Shown here one piece after another: positions 1-9,134 of a stretch of 64,000 bases of DNA. How positions within the stretch are numbered: position 1 is the stretch's first letter; each line of letters opens with the position of its first letter. The translations under genes were made by a program, and so were the position numbers. The notes beneath the pieces are model-generated. The model was not told the origin of the DNA. It worked only from the letters and a program-made list of their open reading frames with translations, and did not search any database. Origin of the DNA: an uncultured delta proteobacterium (lineage in GTDB: Bacteria > Desulfobacterota > Zymogenia > Zymogenales > Zymogenaceae); the NCBI GenBank assembly GCA_963792965.1, contig CAWBYW010000005.1:1-64000 (forward strand), read 5' to 3'.

Positions 1-112
1 GCACTTCGACCGCCTGAAGACGGGTATTCGCACAAAATAGCTCGTATTTCATGGCGCGGGTGTCCTGGGCAGGTCTGACGAAATGTTCACAGGGTCGGTA
101 CATAAAATCACA

Positions 113-127
113 AAAAGTTATATATAA
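113..127 (+). promoter_or_regulatory. Archaeal-type BRE/TATA box (AAAAGTTATATATAA)
   Basis: Purine-rich run directly followed by TTATATA in an intergenic region upstream of an archaeal-like PRC-barrel gene. Confidence 0.4.
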
Positions 128-281
128 ACACATTTATATGGCTGTTGGCCCGCCCGGCCGCGTCAAGAGCCAGACCAGTACCCACAATTGCCTGAACTTC
201 CACGCTGATTCTGCGTCGTGGAGGCGCAAAGCCTTTGAAAAGGTGCTAGCGCATGAGCAGTATCAAATGCAGGTGGTCTTC

Positions 282-551
282 ATGCCCAAAATTGTCATTG
301 CCAAACAGCTGGCCGGCAAGAAAGTCATAACCAACGACGGCGAGGAGCTGGGCAAGCTCATCGACCTCAACGTGCACGAAGTGAGCGGCAAGCTCAAATC
401 CATGCTGGTGGAGCCCAACCTCGACAACCCCACCGCGCGCGCCCTCAACAAGGAGGACGGGCTGCTCGTCATCCCCTACTCGTCCGTGCTGGCCTCTTCC
501 GACCACATCATCGTGGACAAGAAGGCATCAGCGCCTTTCAGGCAACGTTGA
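282..551 (+). CDS. PRC-barrel domain protein, archaeal CdpB-like; C-terminus runs into secD sequence
   Basis: [29 protein letters not shown]...[11 protein letters not shown]...[17 protein letters not shown] fits the PRC-barrel pattern (L.GK.V...G..LG.L.D); AGGTGG SD before ATG 282. Confidence 0.75.
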   Translation: MPKIVIAKQLAGKKVITNDGEELGKLIDLNVHEVSGKLKSMLVEPNLDNPTARALNKEDGLLVIPYSSVLASSDHIIVDKKASAPFRQR

Positions 552-892
552 CCCTGCCCGGCATCGCCGGTATCGCCCTGACCATCGGTATGGCGGTTGA
601 CGCCAACGTCCTCATCAACGAGCGAATCAGGGAGGAGACGAGGCTGGGCAAGACGCCGCGGGCCGCCCTCGAGGGAGGTTATACGAAGGCCTTTGTGACC
701 ATTATGGACGCCCAGCTCACGACGCTGATTGCGGGGCTGGTCCTCTTCCAGTTCGGGACGGGACCGGTTAAGGGGTTCGCGGTGACGCTGTGTATCGGTA
801 TCATCGCCAGCCTCTTTACCGCCATCTTTGTCACCCATGCCATCTTTGACTTCGTGCTTTCACGCTTCAGAGTCAAGCGTCTGAGCGTATAA
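524..892 (+). pseudogene. secD: Protein translocase SecD, C-terminal fragment only (5' part absent)
   Basis: [36 protein letters not shown]...[12 protein letters not shown] are SecD signature motifs; followed by secF. Confidence 0.9.
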
Positions 893-905
893 AAGGGGAC
901 GACCC

Positions 906-1844
906 ATGGAACTGATAAGACCGGGAACGAATATAGATTTCATTGGAAAGCGGGTAGTACGGCATATGTCTTCTCGCTGATTCTTGCCTTCGTCAGTATC
1001 GGCTCCCTGATCTATCACGGCGGCCCCAATTACGGCATCGACTTCAGGGGGGGGCACCTCATCCAGGTGAAATTCGCCAAGGTGGTGACGATACCCGACA
1101 TCAAGAAAGCGTTGGCCCCAATAGGGCTCACGGACGCCATCGTCCAGGAATTCTCGGGGGGACAGGGAAACGAGTACATCATCAGGGTGATAAAGACCGA
1201 CATCGACAATACGGTGCTTGTCAAACAACGTGAAGAAGGCCCTCACCGAAGCCTTCGGCGTGGGCTCGTTTGAGGTCAGGCGCGTTGAGATGGTGGGGCC
1301 CAAGGTAGGAAAAGACCTTCAGACAGAGGCCCTCCTTGCTGTTCTCTTTGCATGCGGGGGTATCCTCATCTATGTCGCCGTGCGCTTCGAGGTTCGCTAC
1401 GCGGTCGGCGCGGTCGTGGCGCTCTTCCACGACGCGTTGATCGTCATCGGGGCATATTCGATAACGAACATGGAGGTAAACCTCCCGATCGTCGCGGCGG
1501 TGCTCACGGTCATCGGGTATTCCGTCAACGACACCATCGTCATTTTCGACCGGATTCGCGAGAATTTGCGCAAGGCCGGCAAGGCCCCCTTGGGCGAGGT
1601 GATGAACAAGAGCATCAACGAGACCCTCTCAAGGACCGTCATCACGGTCGGCGTGACGATGCTGGCGGTGCTGGCCCTCCTCATCCTCGGAGGCGGGGTC
1701 ATAAGAGAGATCGCGTTCGGGCTTACGGTCGGGTTTATGATGGGGTGCTATTCCTCGATATTTGTCGCCTCACCACTGGTGCTTGAATGGAGCAGGGTAT
1801 TTCCGGAAAAAGGCCCGGCGCAGCGCAAGTCGTTCAAAAGATAG
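906..1844 (+). CDS. secF: Protein translocase SecF (apparent frameshifts near 955 and 1215)
   Basis: MELIRPGTNIDFIGKR start; NYGIDFRGG; EMVGPKVGKDL; GYSVNDTIVIFDRIRE; SINETLSRT. Confidence 0.92.
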
Positions 1845-2503
1845 CGGCCCTTATCCCGGCCCTTAACGCCGGCGCAACGGTGGGGGCCGTCGTATCCGGG
1901 ACAAAGAGCTACGTCGACTATGTCCTGGTGATAAACGACGGCTCCGCCGACGACACGCGGGACAAGGCCGCCGGGGCCGGCGCGACGGTCATCAGCCATG
2001 TCAGCCCGCGTGGGAAGGGGGAGGCGCTCAAGACCGGTTTCGGGTTCCTGGTCGGTCGGGGGTTTGACGCCGTTCTGACGCTCGACGCCGACGGTCAGCA
2101 CGATCCCCGTGACATCCCCAAGCTCATCGCCCGCTATCAAGGGAGCAAGGCCGGGATTGTCATCGGGTCGCGGATGGAGGATCGGGAAAAGATCCCCGCC
2201 TACCGCCTGATCCCCAACCTCGTGGGGAACTTCTTCCTCTCGCGCGCCTCACGGCAATTCGTCCAGGACAGCCAGTGCGGGATGCGGATCTACGGGGCCG
2301 ACGTGCTGAGAAAGATCACGCTTGTCTCCTCACGTTTTGATACCGAGGCCGAGGCCCTGGTCAAGGCGGGCAGGCTCGGTTTTACGTTTGCCTTCGTCCC
2401 CATTACGACCATCTACCGGCAGGGGGCGAAAAGCAATTTCCTGCCGGTTAAAGACACGTACCTGATCTCGCTTATATATCTGAAGAGCCTTTTCTGGAAA
2501 TAG
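1787..2503 (+). CDS. Glycosyltransferase family 2 (DPM1-like)
   Basis: IPALNA, VINDGSADDT, GKGEAL, LDADGQHDP, DSQCGMR motifs; start uncertain. Confidence 0.88.
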   Translation: MEQGISGKRPGAAQVVQKIAALIPALNAGATVGAVVSGTKSYVDYVLVINDGSADDTRDKAAGAGATVISHVSPRGKGEALKTGFGFLVGRGFDAVLTLDADGQHDPRDIPKLIARYQGSKAGIVIGSRMEDREKIPAYRLIPNLVGNFFLSRASRQFVQDSQCGMRIYGADVLRKITLVSSRFDTEAEALVKAGRLGFTFAFVPITTIYRQGAKSNFLPVKDTYLISLIYLKSLFWK

Positions 2504-2779
2504 ACGAAACAGCCGGACAGTAAGATGGTCTATAGAAGGATGGCGGGGATGGCCGTTGACGGTCCTTCTCGACGCTCCTTCTCAGGTCAAGTCTCCTTTG
2601 TCTGTCGCCCCGTTTTCCACCTCATCTCGGCATCGGCCCGGGTCGAAAGCTCGTGGGCCCGGATTTCTACATCCGAATCTCCGAAAATTGAGCGGGCCTT
2701 CGTACGCGGGCGTGAAACTTCCACTTTAAAAGGCTTACGATATAGGTGAGCGGAAGGCTAAAGTATAAACCCTTTTTCC

Positions 2780-2808
2780 TTGACGCCTGAAGAAAAGCGT
2801 ACTACAAT
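2780..2808 (+). promoter_or_regulatory. sigma70 promoter
   Basis: TTGACG-17 bp-TACAAT upstream of the radical SAM gene. Confidence 0.65.
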
Positions 2809-2831
2809 TTTTATTATCGTATGTAGGTATT

Positions 2832-4193
2832 ATGCCCATGTCAATTTATGATGATACTCGACGATTTCTCCTCGTTCAGGCGCTTCACCACGGCCTGGGG
2901 GTCCTCTCGACCTTTTCCGATCGAAACCTCATCAGGACGACCTACTGGATGGAGAAGATTACCACCCGTGACCATTATAAGCGGGCGATCTCGAAGATCA
3001 GAAACATGTTTGAGAATAACCATCCGAGCTTTCAGGTCTTCAAGAAGATCCTCCGCAATACCAATACCCATCACCGAAAACGGCTCGTCAAGGCGTTCTT
3101 CATAAACCAGCTTCTGATCGGCAGCAACCGCCGGAAGGCGTTCTCCGAAAGCCCCGGGGGCTTTTACCCTCCCGGTTTTATGGTCATCTCGCCCACGATG
3201 CGCTGTAATCTCGCCTGTTTCGGGTGCTACGCCGGGAGCTACGACAAAGGCAAAGACCTTCCGATCGAGGTGATGGACCGGGTCCTGAATGAGGCAAAAG
3301 AGCTCGGGATGTTCTTTGCCGTCATCTCCGGCGGCGAGCCCTTCATCCGAGACGACGTCGTGCGGCTCTTTGAAAAACACAAAGACGTGGCGTTCCACGT
3401 CTACACCCACGGGGGCCTCCTGGACGAGAAGATGATCAAGCGGATCATCAAAGCGGGCAATATCCTGCCGGCCATCAGCATCGAGGGGTTCGAGGAGGAA
3501 ACCGACAAGAGGCGCGGCAAGGGCCACTATAAGAAGGTGATGAACGCCATGCGGCTCCTCAGAGAGAACGGGGTTCTCTTCGGCTTTTCGTCTACCGAGA
3601 CAAGCCTCAATGCCGACCTCATCACCAGCGATGCCTTTGTCGACCATATGGTGGACATGGGCTGCACCCTCGGGTGGTACTTCACCTACGTGCCGGTGGG
3701 GAGGGATCCCAACCTCGACCTGATGCCCACGCCCGAGCAGCGCGATAAGCTGAGACGGTGGGTCAGGCACGTCCGCAATACCAAGCCGATCCTCGTGGCC
3801 GACTTCTGGAACGACGGACCCGTGGTGGGGGGCTGTATCGCGGCCGGCCGCAAGTATCTTCACATCAACGCCAACGGCGACGTGGAGCCGTGCGTCTTCT
3901 GTCACTTCGCCGAGCACAACATAAAAGACACGCCCCTGAAGGTCGCCCTCAACTCCAAAACCTTCAGGTTTATTCGGGAGACCCAGAGAAATAATCCAAA
4001 TCCTCTTCGGCCCTGCATGATCATCGATCACCCCGAGGTCTTTCGCGAGGCGATATCGATGGAGGGCGTTTACTTTACACACGACGGCGCCGATAACGTC
4101 GTAACGGAAATATCCGATTTCCTCGACAAGTACTCCTCCGACTACGCCCTCTACTCGGAAAAAGCATGGAGAGAAGAATACGAGCATGACTAA
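2832..4193 (+). CDS. Radical SAM protein with SPASM/Twitch-like C-terminal domain
   Basis: CNLACFGC, SGGEP, GCIAAGRKYLHINANGDVEPCVF. Confidence 0.9.
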   Translation: MPMSIYDDTRRFLLVQALHHGLGVLSTFSDRNLIRTTYWMEKITTRDHYKRAISKIRNMFENNHPSFQVFKKILRNTNTHHRKRLVKAFFINQLLIGSNRRKAFSESPGGFYPPGFMVISPTMRCNLACFGCYAGSYDKGKDLPIEVMDRVLNEAKELGMFFAVISGGEPFIRDDVVRLFEKHKDVAFHVYTHGGLLDEKMIKRIIKAGNILPAISIEGFEEETDKRRGKGHYKKVMNAMRLLRENGVLFGFSSTETSLNADLITSDAFVDHMVDMGCTLGWYFTYVPVGRDPNLDLMPTPEQRDKLRRWVRHVRNTKPILVADFWNDGPVVGGCIAAGRKYLHINANGDVEPCVFCHFAEHNIKDTPLKVALNSKTFRFIRETQRNNPNPLRPCMIIDHPEVFREAISMEGVYFTHDGADNVVTEISDFLDKYSSDYALYSEKAWREEYEHD

Positions 4194-5004
4194 GCAGCGG
4201 CGGTTGTTTTTGACAGTCGGCGCGGTATTTCCCCTTTTTCTTGTCTCCTGCGCCCTTCAACCCGTCAGGCCGACCCCTCTGGCGGTAATGGCTCCCTACA
4301 TCAGCGCGGACACGGCCGTCGCGGAGCTTGAAAAGGCACAGAATAAGGTCATCGATATCCGTGGGCAGGCAAGCCTCAAGACATACGACCCGGACGGTAA
4401 GCTTGCCAATTCCGTCACCGGCTATATGGCGTTCAAGCGCCCCGACAAGTTTCGATTCACCTACGTCGGTCCCCTCGGTATCGTCCTGTTCGAGGCCCTC
4501 GTCAACGACAAGACGATGATCCTCTTCCTGCCCCAACAGCTCAAGGCATATAAGGGGAGCACCGAGACCCCGAGCAGCGGACTCTTCTCCGCAAACCTCT
4601 TGAGGGCTCCCTTCACTCGGTTCCAGGGCCGGCTCTTCGCCATCGAGCACGACGGCGACAAGAGCACACTCTACGCGATTGCTCAGGACAAGGCGGATAA
4701 GAAGGAATACGCCCTCTCCGAGAAAATCATCTTCTCGAGGATAGATATGCGTCCCCTCGTGCGCGAGGGATATGAGGATGGGTTGTTGACCTGGCGGGTC
4801 ACGTATAAGAAATACGACGTCATCGACGGAATCGCGATCCCAAGCGAGATCACGATCGAGGATCCCTCGTCCGGCGGCACGATGGAGATCGGGCTCTCGG
4901 ATGCGAAAGTAAACACCGGCATCAGCGACGATGTCTTCGACCCCTCGGTAAAACCCCCGTACACCGAGGCGCCGCTGGGAAGTTTTGCGCCACCCGACTT
5001 TTAG
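4186..5004 (+). CDS. Lipoprotein of LolB/DUF4292-like (lipoprotein-sorting) fold
   Basis: Lipobox LVSC; FKRPDKFRF..GPLG; VNTGISDDVFDP ending typical of the LolA/LolB superfamily. Confidence 0.6.
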   Translation: MTKQRRLFLTVGAVFPLFLVSCALQPVRPTPLAVMAPYISADTAVAELEKAQNKVIDIRGQASLKTYDPDGKLANSVTGYMAFKRPDKFRFTYVGPLGIVLFEALVNDKTMILFLPQQLKAYKGSTETPSSGLFSANLLRAPFTRFQGRLFAIEHDGDKSTLYAIAQDKADKKEYALSEKIIFSRIDMRPLVREGYEDGLLTWRVTYKKYDVIDGIAIPSEITIEDPSSGGTMEIGLSDAKVNTGISDDVFDPSVKPPYTEAPLGSFAPPDF

Positions 5005-5078
5005 AGATGTGCCGGAAATTATGCGACGTATAGAGTATAGAGTATTAATCCCATAGCGCGTTTGGAAAGGAGGAGAAA

Positions 5079-5522
5079 ATGAATAAGAAGATCGTTATGT
5101 TACCTTTGCTCCTGACTCTTCTGCTGGCGGTGGCCGTCGCGGCCTTTGCCGGCGACGCCTCCCTCACCAGGTCCATCTCCTTCGATAAGTGGATGACGAT
5201 AAACCTCACACGGGAAGGACTGACCGTCACGGATATCATCTTCAAGACCGATACCGAGGCCAAGACGGGGCGTTTCGGATTAGGGGTCACCCGCGGTCCC
5301 TACGCCACGTTTTCCATCGTCAACAATTCCGGCCACGACATGGAGTACGGGGTGGCCATCGCCCTCTTCGATAAGAACAATAATCTCATCACCGCGGCGG
5401 ATTACGCCCAGGTGGGCAAGCTCAATCCTGCCGAGAGTAAACAAGAAGACGTTGTCTTCGGCCCCGTTAACCTGAGGTATACGGAAGCCACCTACTTCAA
5501 GATCGTGCTCGAAGCGAAGTAG
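5079..5522 (+). CDS. Secreted hypothetical protein (FxLYD-like Ig fold)
   Basis: AGGAG RBS; signal peptide ending AFA; IVNNSG...IALFDKNNNLI. Confidence 0.6.
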   Translation: MNKKIVMLPLLLTLLLAVAVAAFAGDASLTRSISFDKWMTINLTREGLTVTDIIFKTDTEAKTGRFGLGVTRGPYATFSIVNNSGHDMEYGVAIALFDKNNNLITAADYAQVGKLNPAESKQEDVVFGPVNLRYTEATYFKIVLEAK

Positions 5523-5544
5523 ACGGTTTTTTCGGTCTTCACCC

Positions 5545-6315
5545 GTGTGGTACTTATTCGTCGCCCCGATCATATCAATCTGTGTGGCCCTCGTGAGCCG
5601 GTCCTGGCTCGCGGGGGCCGTTTCCTTTTTTCTGCTCTCGCTGTGGATCGGCACGGGAATTTTTCTTATAGGAATCCCGTTTTTATCCCGGGCCGTAACC
5701 CGGATACGGACAGACGCACCCCTGATTGCCCTCACCTTCGACGACGGTCCGCATCCCTCCTATTCGCGACAGATCCTCGGCATCCTCAGGAAGCACGGGG
5801 CCCACGCGACCTTCTTCGTGGTGGCCGAAAGGGCCCGGCAATACCCCGAGATCATAGACGAAATCATCTCTCAGGGTCATGAAATCGGCAATCACTCGCT
5901 CTCCCACCGGCACCTCTTGTCGCTTTCGTCGTTCACCGTGCAGTATGAGGACATCGGGGCGGCGCAGGAGATCATCGAGGGACTGTCGGGGACGGCCCCC
6001 CGCCTTTATCGCCCGCCGATGGGGTACAAGACGCCCGAGACCTTTCGTGCTGCGAAAAGCCTCGGGCTCCGTGTCGTGGGATGGAAGATAAAGGGGTGGG
6101 ACACGGTGCTCCGCGATCCGGAGAGGATAGCCGGCCATATCCTTTCGCGGGCAAAGCGGGGTACCATTATCCTGCTGCACGACTCATCCTCGCTTAAAAA
6201 AAGGTTTGCCGACAGATCCGCGACCATCGACGCCCTGCCCCTGATCCTCTCGGGGCTTGGCCGGCTCGGTCTTCGCTGCGTGACGCTGTCTGAATTACAG
6301 AACAAGGGACGGTGA
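5545..6315 (+). CDS. Membrane-anchored polysaccharide deacetylase (CE4/NodB)
   Basis: ALTFDDGP, ATFFV, IGNHSLSH, RPPMG, IILLHD; N-terminal TM helices. Confidence 0.92.
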   Translation: MWYLFVAPIISICVALVSRSWLAGAVSFFLLSLWIGTGIFLIGIPFLSRAVTRIRTDAPLIALTFDDGPHPSYSRQILGILRKHGAHATFFVVAERARQYPEIIDEIISQGHEIGNHSLSHRHLLSLSSFTVQYEDIGAAQEIIEGLSGTAPRLYRPPMGYKTPETFRAAKSLGLRVVGWKIKGWDTVLRDPERIAGHILSRAKRGTIILLHDSSSLKKRFADRSATIDALPLILSGLGRLGLRCVTLSELQNKGR

Positions 6316-6321
6316 CAAAGA

Positions 6322-6969
6322 ATGAAACGATCTCTCGCTTTCCTCTTCCTTTTGTTGATGTGCGGCTCTCTGTCGTACGCCCAGGACGTGGACCGCGCCC
6401 TTAACGGGCTTTCGGACTACTGGAAGAAAGTCGACACACTTACCTGCGACTTCGTTCAGAAAAAGCGGCTTGCCTTGCTTTCCGGGGAGGTCGTCTCGTC
6501 CGGCACGTTCGCCTATAAGAACCCCGGGCTCATGGTGTTTCGCTACGCCCCCCCCGAAGACACAATCATGGGGATCAGGCCGGGGCTCGTCACCATCTAT
6601 TTCCCGAGCCTCAAGAAGGCAAAGCGCATCCACCTTTCGGGCGCTGCGGAGGTCCCCAGGGAAATGTCATTCGGGATGGGGCCGATCGGAGATACGAAGG
6701 CGCTCAAAGAGGCCTTTTCGGTCGCGGTTTCGGAGAAGAACGGGACGATCGAGATGACCTTTGTCCCAAAGGGGAAAAATGATGCGATCGCCAAAGTCGT
6801 CATCGTCTTCAGAAAAGACTACACCCCACTTTACACGACCATCGTCGAGCCCCGTGGCGACACCACCACCCTCGAATTCACGCATCAGAAGATCAACACG
6901 CCGGTAAACGATTCGCTCTTCGAGGTCACCATCCCCCGGGGGGTCCAGGTGGAAGACATCGGCGGGTAA
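6322..6969 (+). CDS. Outer-membrane lipoprotein carrier LolA family protein
   Basis: Signal peptide; CDFVQKK...SSGTFAYKNPG..FRYAPP; INTPVNDSLF. Confidence 0.8.
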   Translation: MKRSLAFLFLLLMCGSLSYAQDVDRALNGLSDYWKKVDTLTCDFVQKKRLALLSGEVVSSGTFAYKNPGLMVFRYAPPEDTIMGIRPGLVTIYFPSLKKAKRIHLSGAAEVPREMSFGMGPIGDTKALKEAFSVAVSEKNGTIEMTFVPKGKNDAIAKVVIVFRKDYTPLYTTIVEPRGDTTTLEFTHQKINTPVNDSLFEVTIPRGVQVEDIGG

Positions 6970-7288
6970 GCCGCGTTGCCGGGTGGCGGGACCTCAAGGA
7001 CGACGTCCGGGGCCGATGCCTTCGGTTCCAGGATCGTCTGGTCGGTCCGTCACCGGAGGAAAGCCGATCGGAGGCGATAGACGCCCCAGGCGGCTGTCCG
7101 GCAATCGTCGCCCGGCACCGCGTCGATGCTTCCGGCAACGAGTCTCGATGCACACTGCCCGTCCGGCGTCCCCCCTATATTGGCACGACATATACGGGCA
7201 ATCGCCCATGCCGGGGCCATTTGACGCGTCCATTCCCTGGGACGATGCCCGGCATTATAGCGCCGTGCCAGCTCTGTCGAAAAAAAAG

Positions 7289-7317
7289 TTGACATATTAC
7301 AATTTATTATATATAAT
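7289..7317 (+). promoter_or_regulatory. Consensus sigma70 promoter
   Basis: Perfect TTGACA-17 bp-TATAAT preceded by an A-tract. Confidence 0.8.
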
Positions 7318-7391
7318 TTTACAGGAAATTATATATAGTTTCTATTCACATCGGCACTATTTCGACACTATCATTCTCTCCATGGGGTGAC

Positions 7392-8399
7392 GTGATGAAG
7401 AAAAGACTAATAGGCGTGTGTCTCATTGCGTTCCTTTCGCTGCCCGGCCTCGCTTCGGCCTGGGATAACGAATTTCACGTCCAGATGGTCAAGGACGCCA
7501 TCGCCCTGTGCCCCACGGAGCTCAAGAAGTTCCTCAACAATAATAGTGATGCCGTAATCACGGGCGCCAAGGACCCCGACATCACGATATCGGCTCCCAT
7601 CGGCTATGCCTACGGCTACCGTAAACACTATTACATTCCGGAGGGGGACCGGGGCGACGGGCCGGATGAGGTCAAGGCACTGTCCGTCTCAACGATCGAC
7701 CTCCTTTCTCGGCACTTCCCCGACACTGAACTAATCGGCCGCCGTATGGGCATGATCAGCCATTTCATCGGTGATTCGCTGGAGCCCAAGAGATACGTCG
7801 GCCTCGCTCCCAACTACCCTAAGGATTTCATCAAGGAGCAGTTCCGGAGCAAAGACGTTACCTATCTCCCGGTCATTTATAACGGATATAACCCCATCGA
7901 CGATTTCTCCGGCGATCTGAAGACGATCGCAAAGAACTTCTGGTATCAAAACACCACCGACGACCAATACTATGACGTCGCGGTAAATTCTATTGTGGAC
8001 ACATGGACCACCATCTGGGAGAAGGCCGGAAGGCCCTCGGGCGATTTTGTCGCGACCGGCTCCCGGATCAGGCCGGAGGTTCCCCCGGAGGTGGCCAAAC
8101 CGGCGGCGGTCTTCTCACCATCCGAGCTCTTGGACCTCAAGACTCTCGGAGAGACCGGCACAACCGGTACAACCGGCACGTACGATGAAAAAACCTTCGA
8201 TATCGACAAGTACGGCAAAGGAAAAGAGCTGACTCCGCAGGCAAACACCGGCGAAGCCCCTCTCGAATCAACGACCAACCCCGGGGCGATTGAAAACGCC
8301 ACCGGCACCCCTCCCCCCCCCGGGGCAACCACCCCCCCCGAAGAAGGCGGAGGCGAATCTCCCTCGGGAGAGACCGGCGAAACCTCCCCCTCCCCGTAG
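7392..8399 (+). CDS. Secreted zinc-dependent phospholipase C / S1-P1 nuclease-like protein with Pro/Thr/Gly/Glu-rich tail
   Basis: Signal peptide ASA|W; mature WDNEFH; GAKDPD; HYY; SHFIGD. Confidence 0.6.
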   Translation: MMKKRLIGVCLIAFLSLPGLASAWDNEFHVQMVKDAIALCPTELKKFLNNNSDAVITGAKDPDITISAPIGYAYGYRKHYYIPEGDRGDGPDEVKALSVSTIDLLSRHFPDTELIGRRMGMISHFIGDSLEPKRYVGLAPNYPKDFIKEQFRSKDVTYLPVIYNGYNPIDDFSGDLKTIAKNFWYQNTTDDQYYDVAVNSIVDTWTTIWEKAGRPSGDFVATGSRIRPEVPPEVAKPAAVFSPSELLDLKTLGETGTTGTTGTYDEKTFDIDKYGKGKELTPQANTGEAPLESTTNPGAIENATGTPPPPGATTPPEEGGGESPSGETGETSPSP

Positions 8400-8459
8400 C
8401 GGCAGAAGCACTGCTTTCGAGCGAGGCGGCCGCAACCATCCGATAAATGGAGGGCACAC

Positions 8460-8661
8460 ATGCCCAGAAGATCGCCTACCACGGTCTTTATCTCACTGTC
8501 GGCCTTTTTTTGCCCTCTCGACCTGCGTCCGGCCCGGCGGCCCCGTCGTTAAGGAATCCCCCGACAGCGCCCGGAGAGTCAACACCGAGATGAACCGCCT
8601 CACCGATTCCTATGAGAGGAAGGACGTTTCGTCATTTATGGCGGACGTGGGGAGGGACTAT
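8460..8661 (+). pseudogene. Lipoprotein (NTF2-like start), frameshift in T-run at ~8505 and truncated at the AT-rich junction
   Basis: GGAGG RBS, lipobox LSTC, MNRLTDSYERKDVSSFMADVGRDY, then an abrupt composition switch. Confidence 0.5.
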
Positions 8662-8958
8662 ATGCTTGAGATACTGTCGCAGATTAGGGTCTTTTGGTTA
8701 TTTTTTCTTCTTCTGTCGCTTTCGGGACTTTTCAGAATAATTTAAATAGTAGTTTATCCTATATCGTTTATGACTGATATTAATAGGTATGGTATTGGAT
8801 TTTGGATAGGTGGTGGTGTTTACAGTATTATAAATATGATTATGAATTATAAAAATGCTGCTCAGAGTAATATTTTATTTTATAACTATTTGATAACAGG
8901 GGTTGCTGTTATTGGCTTGATTTTAAATATAATTTTATTGAAAAGAGTAAGAAGATGA
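8662..8958 (+). pseudogene. Small AT-rich membrane protein with an internal in-frame TAA at 8743-8745
   Basis: MLEILSQIRVFWLFFLLL...RII*IVVYPISFMTDINRYG... continues in the same frame; about 3 hydrophobic segments. Confidence 0.45.
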
Positions 8959-9125
8959 TAATGAACAACACAATCAAACTATTTTTTTCCTTACTTATAG
9001 GGGTTATAGCGATAGGGATAGCGAGACTTGTTCATCCGAGCTGGGATTTAACTCATTTATTGATATTTGGGTTAGTAGTATTTGCTGTAAACCTATGTAT
9101 TATCTTTATTATTAAAAAAGAATAA
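8955..9125 (+). CDS. 56-aa two-TM membrane protein (not in the ORF track)
   Basis: ATGA overlap with the previous stop; MIMNNTIKLFFSLLIGVIAIGIARLVHPSWDLTHLLIFGLVVFAVNLCIIFIIKKE. Confidence 0.55.
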   Translation: MIMNNTIKLFFSLLIGVIAIGIARLVHPSWDLTHLLIFGLVVFAVNLCIIFIIKKE

Positions 9126-9134
9126 GGTGAAAAG

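Noticed and set aside
2841-4187. Long antisense ORFs (also 18099-19448, 27192-28505, 31527-33005, 45460-46776, 52405-53907, 59855-61135)
   Set aside because: Shadow frames opposite well-supported genes in GC-rich DNA, with no recognisable motifs.
7050-7075. RNase P RNA-like GAGGAAAG
   Set aside because: Continues GCCG rather than UCC, and the 3' conserved AGAA..CGGCUUA element is not seen.
8150-8180. Short tandem ACCGGCACA/ACCGGTACA repeats
   Set aside because: Encode a low-complexity TGT linker inside a CDS; not a CRISPR or regulatory repeat.
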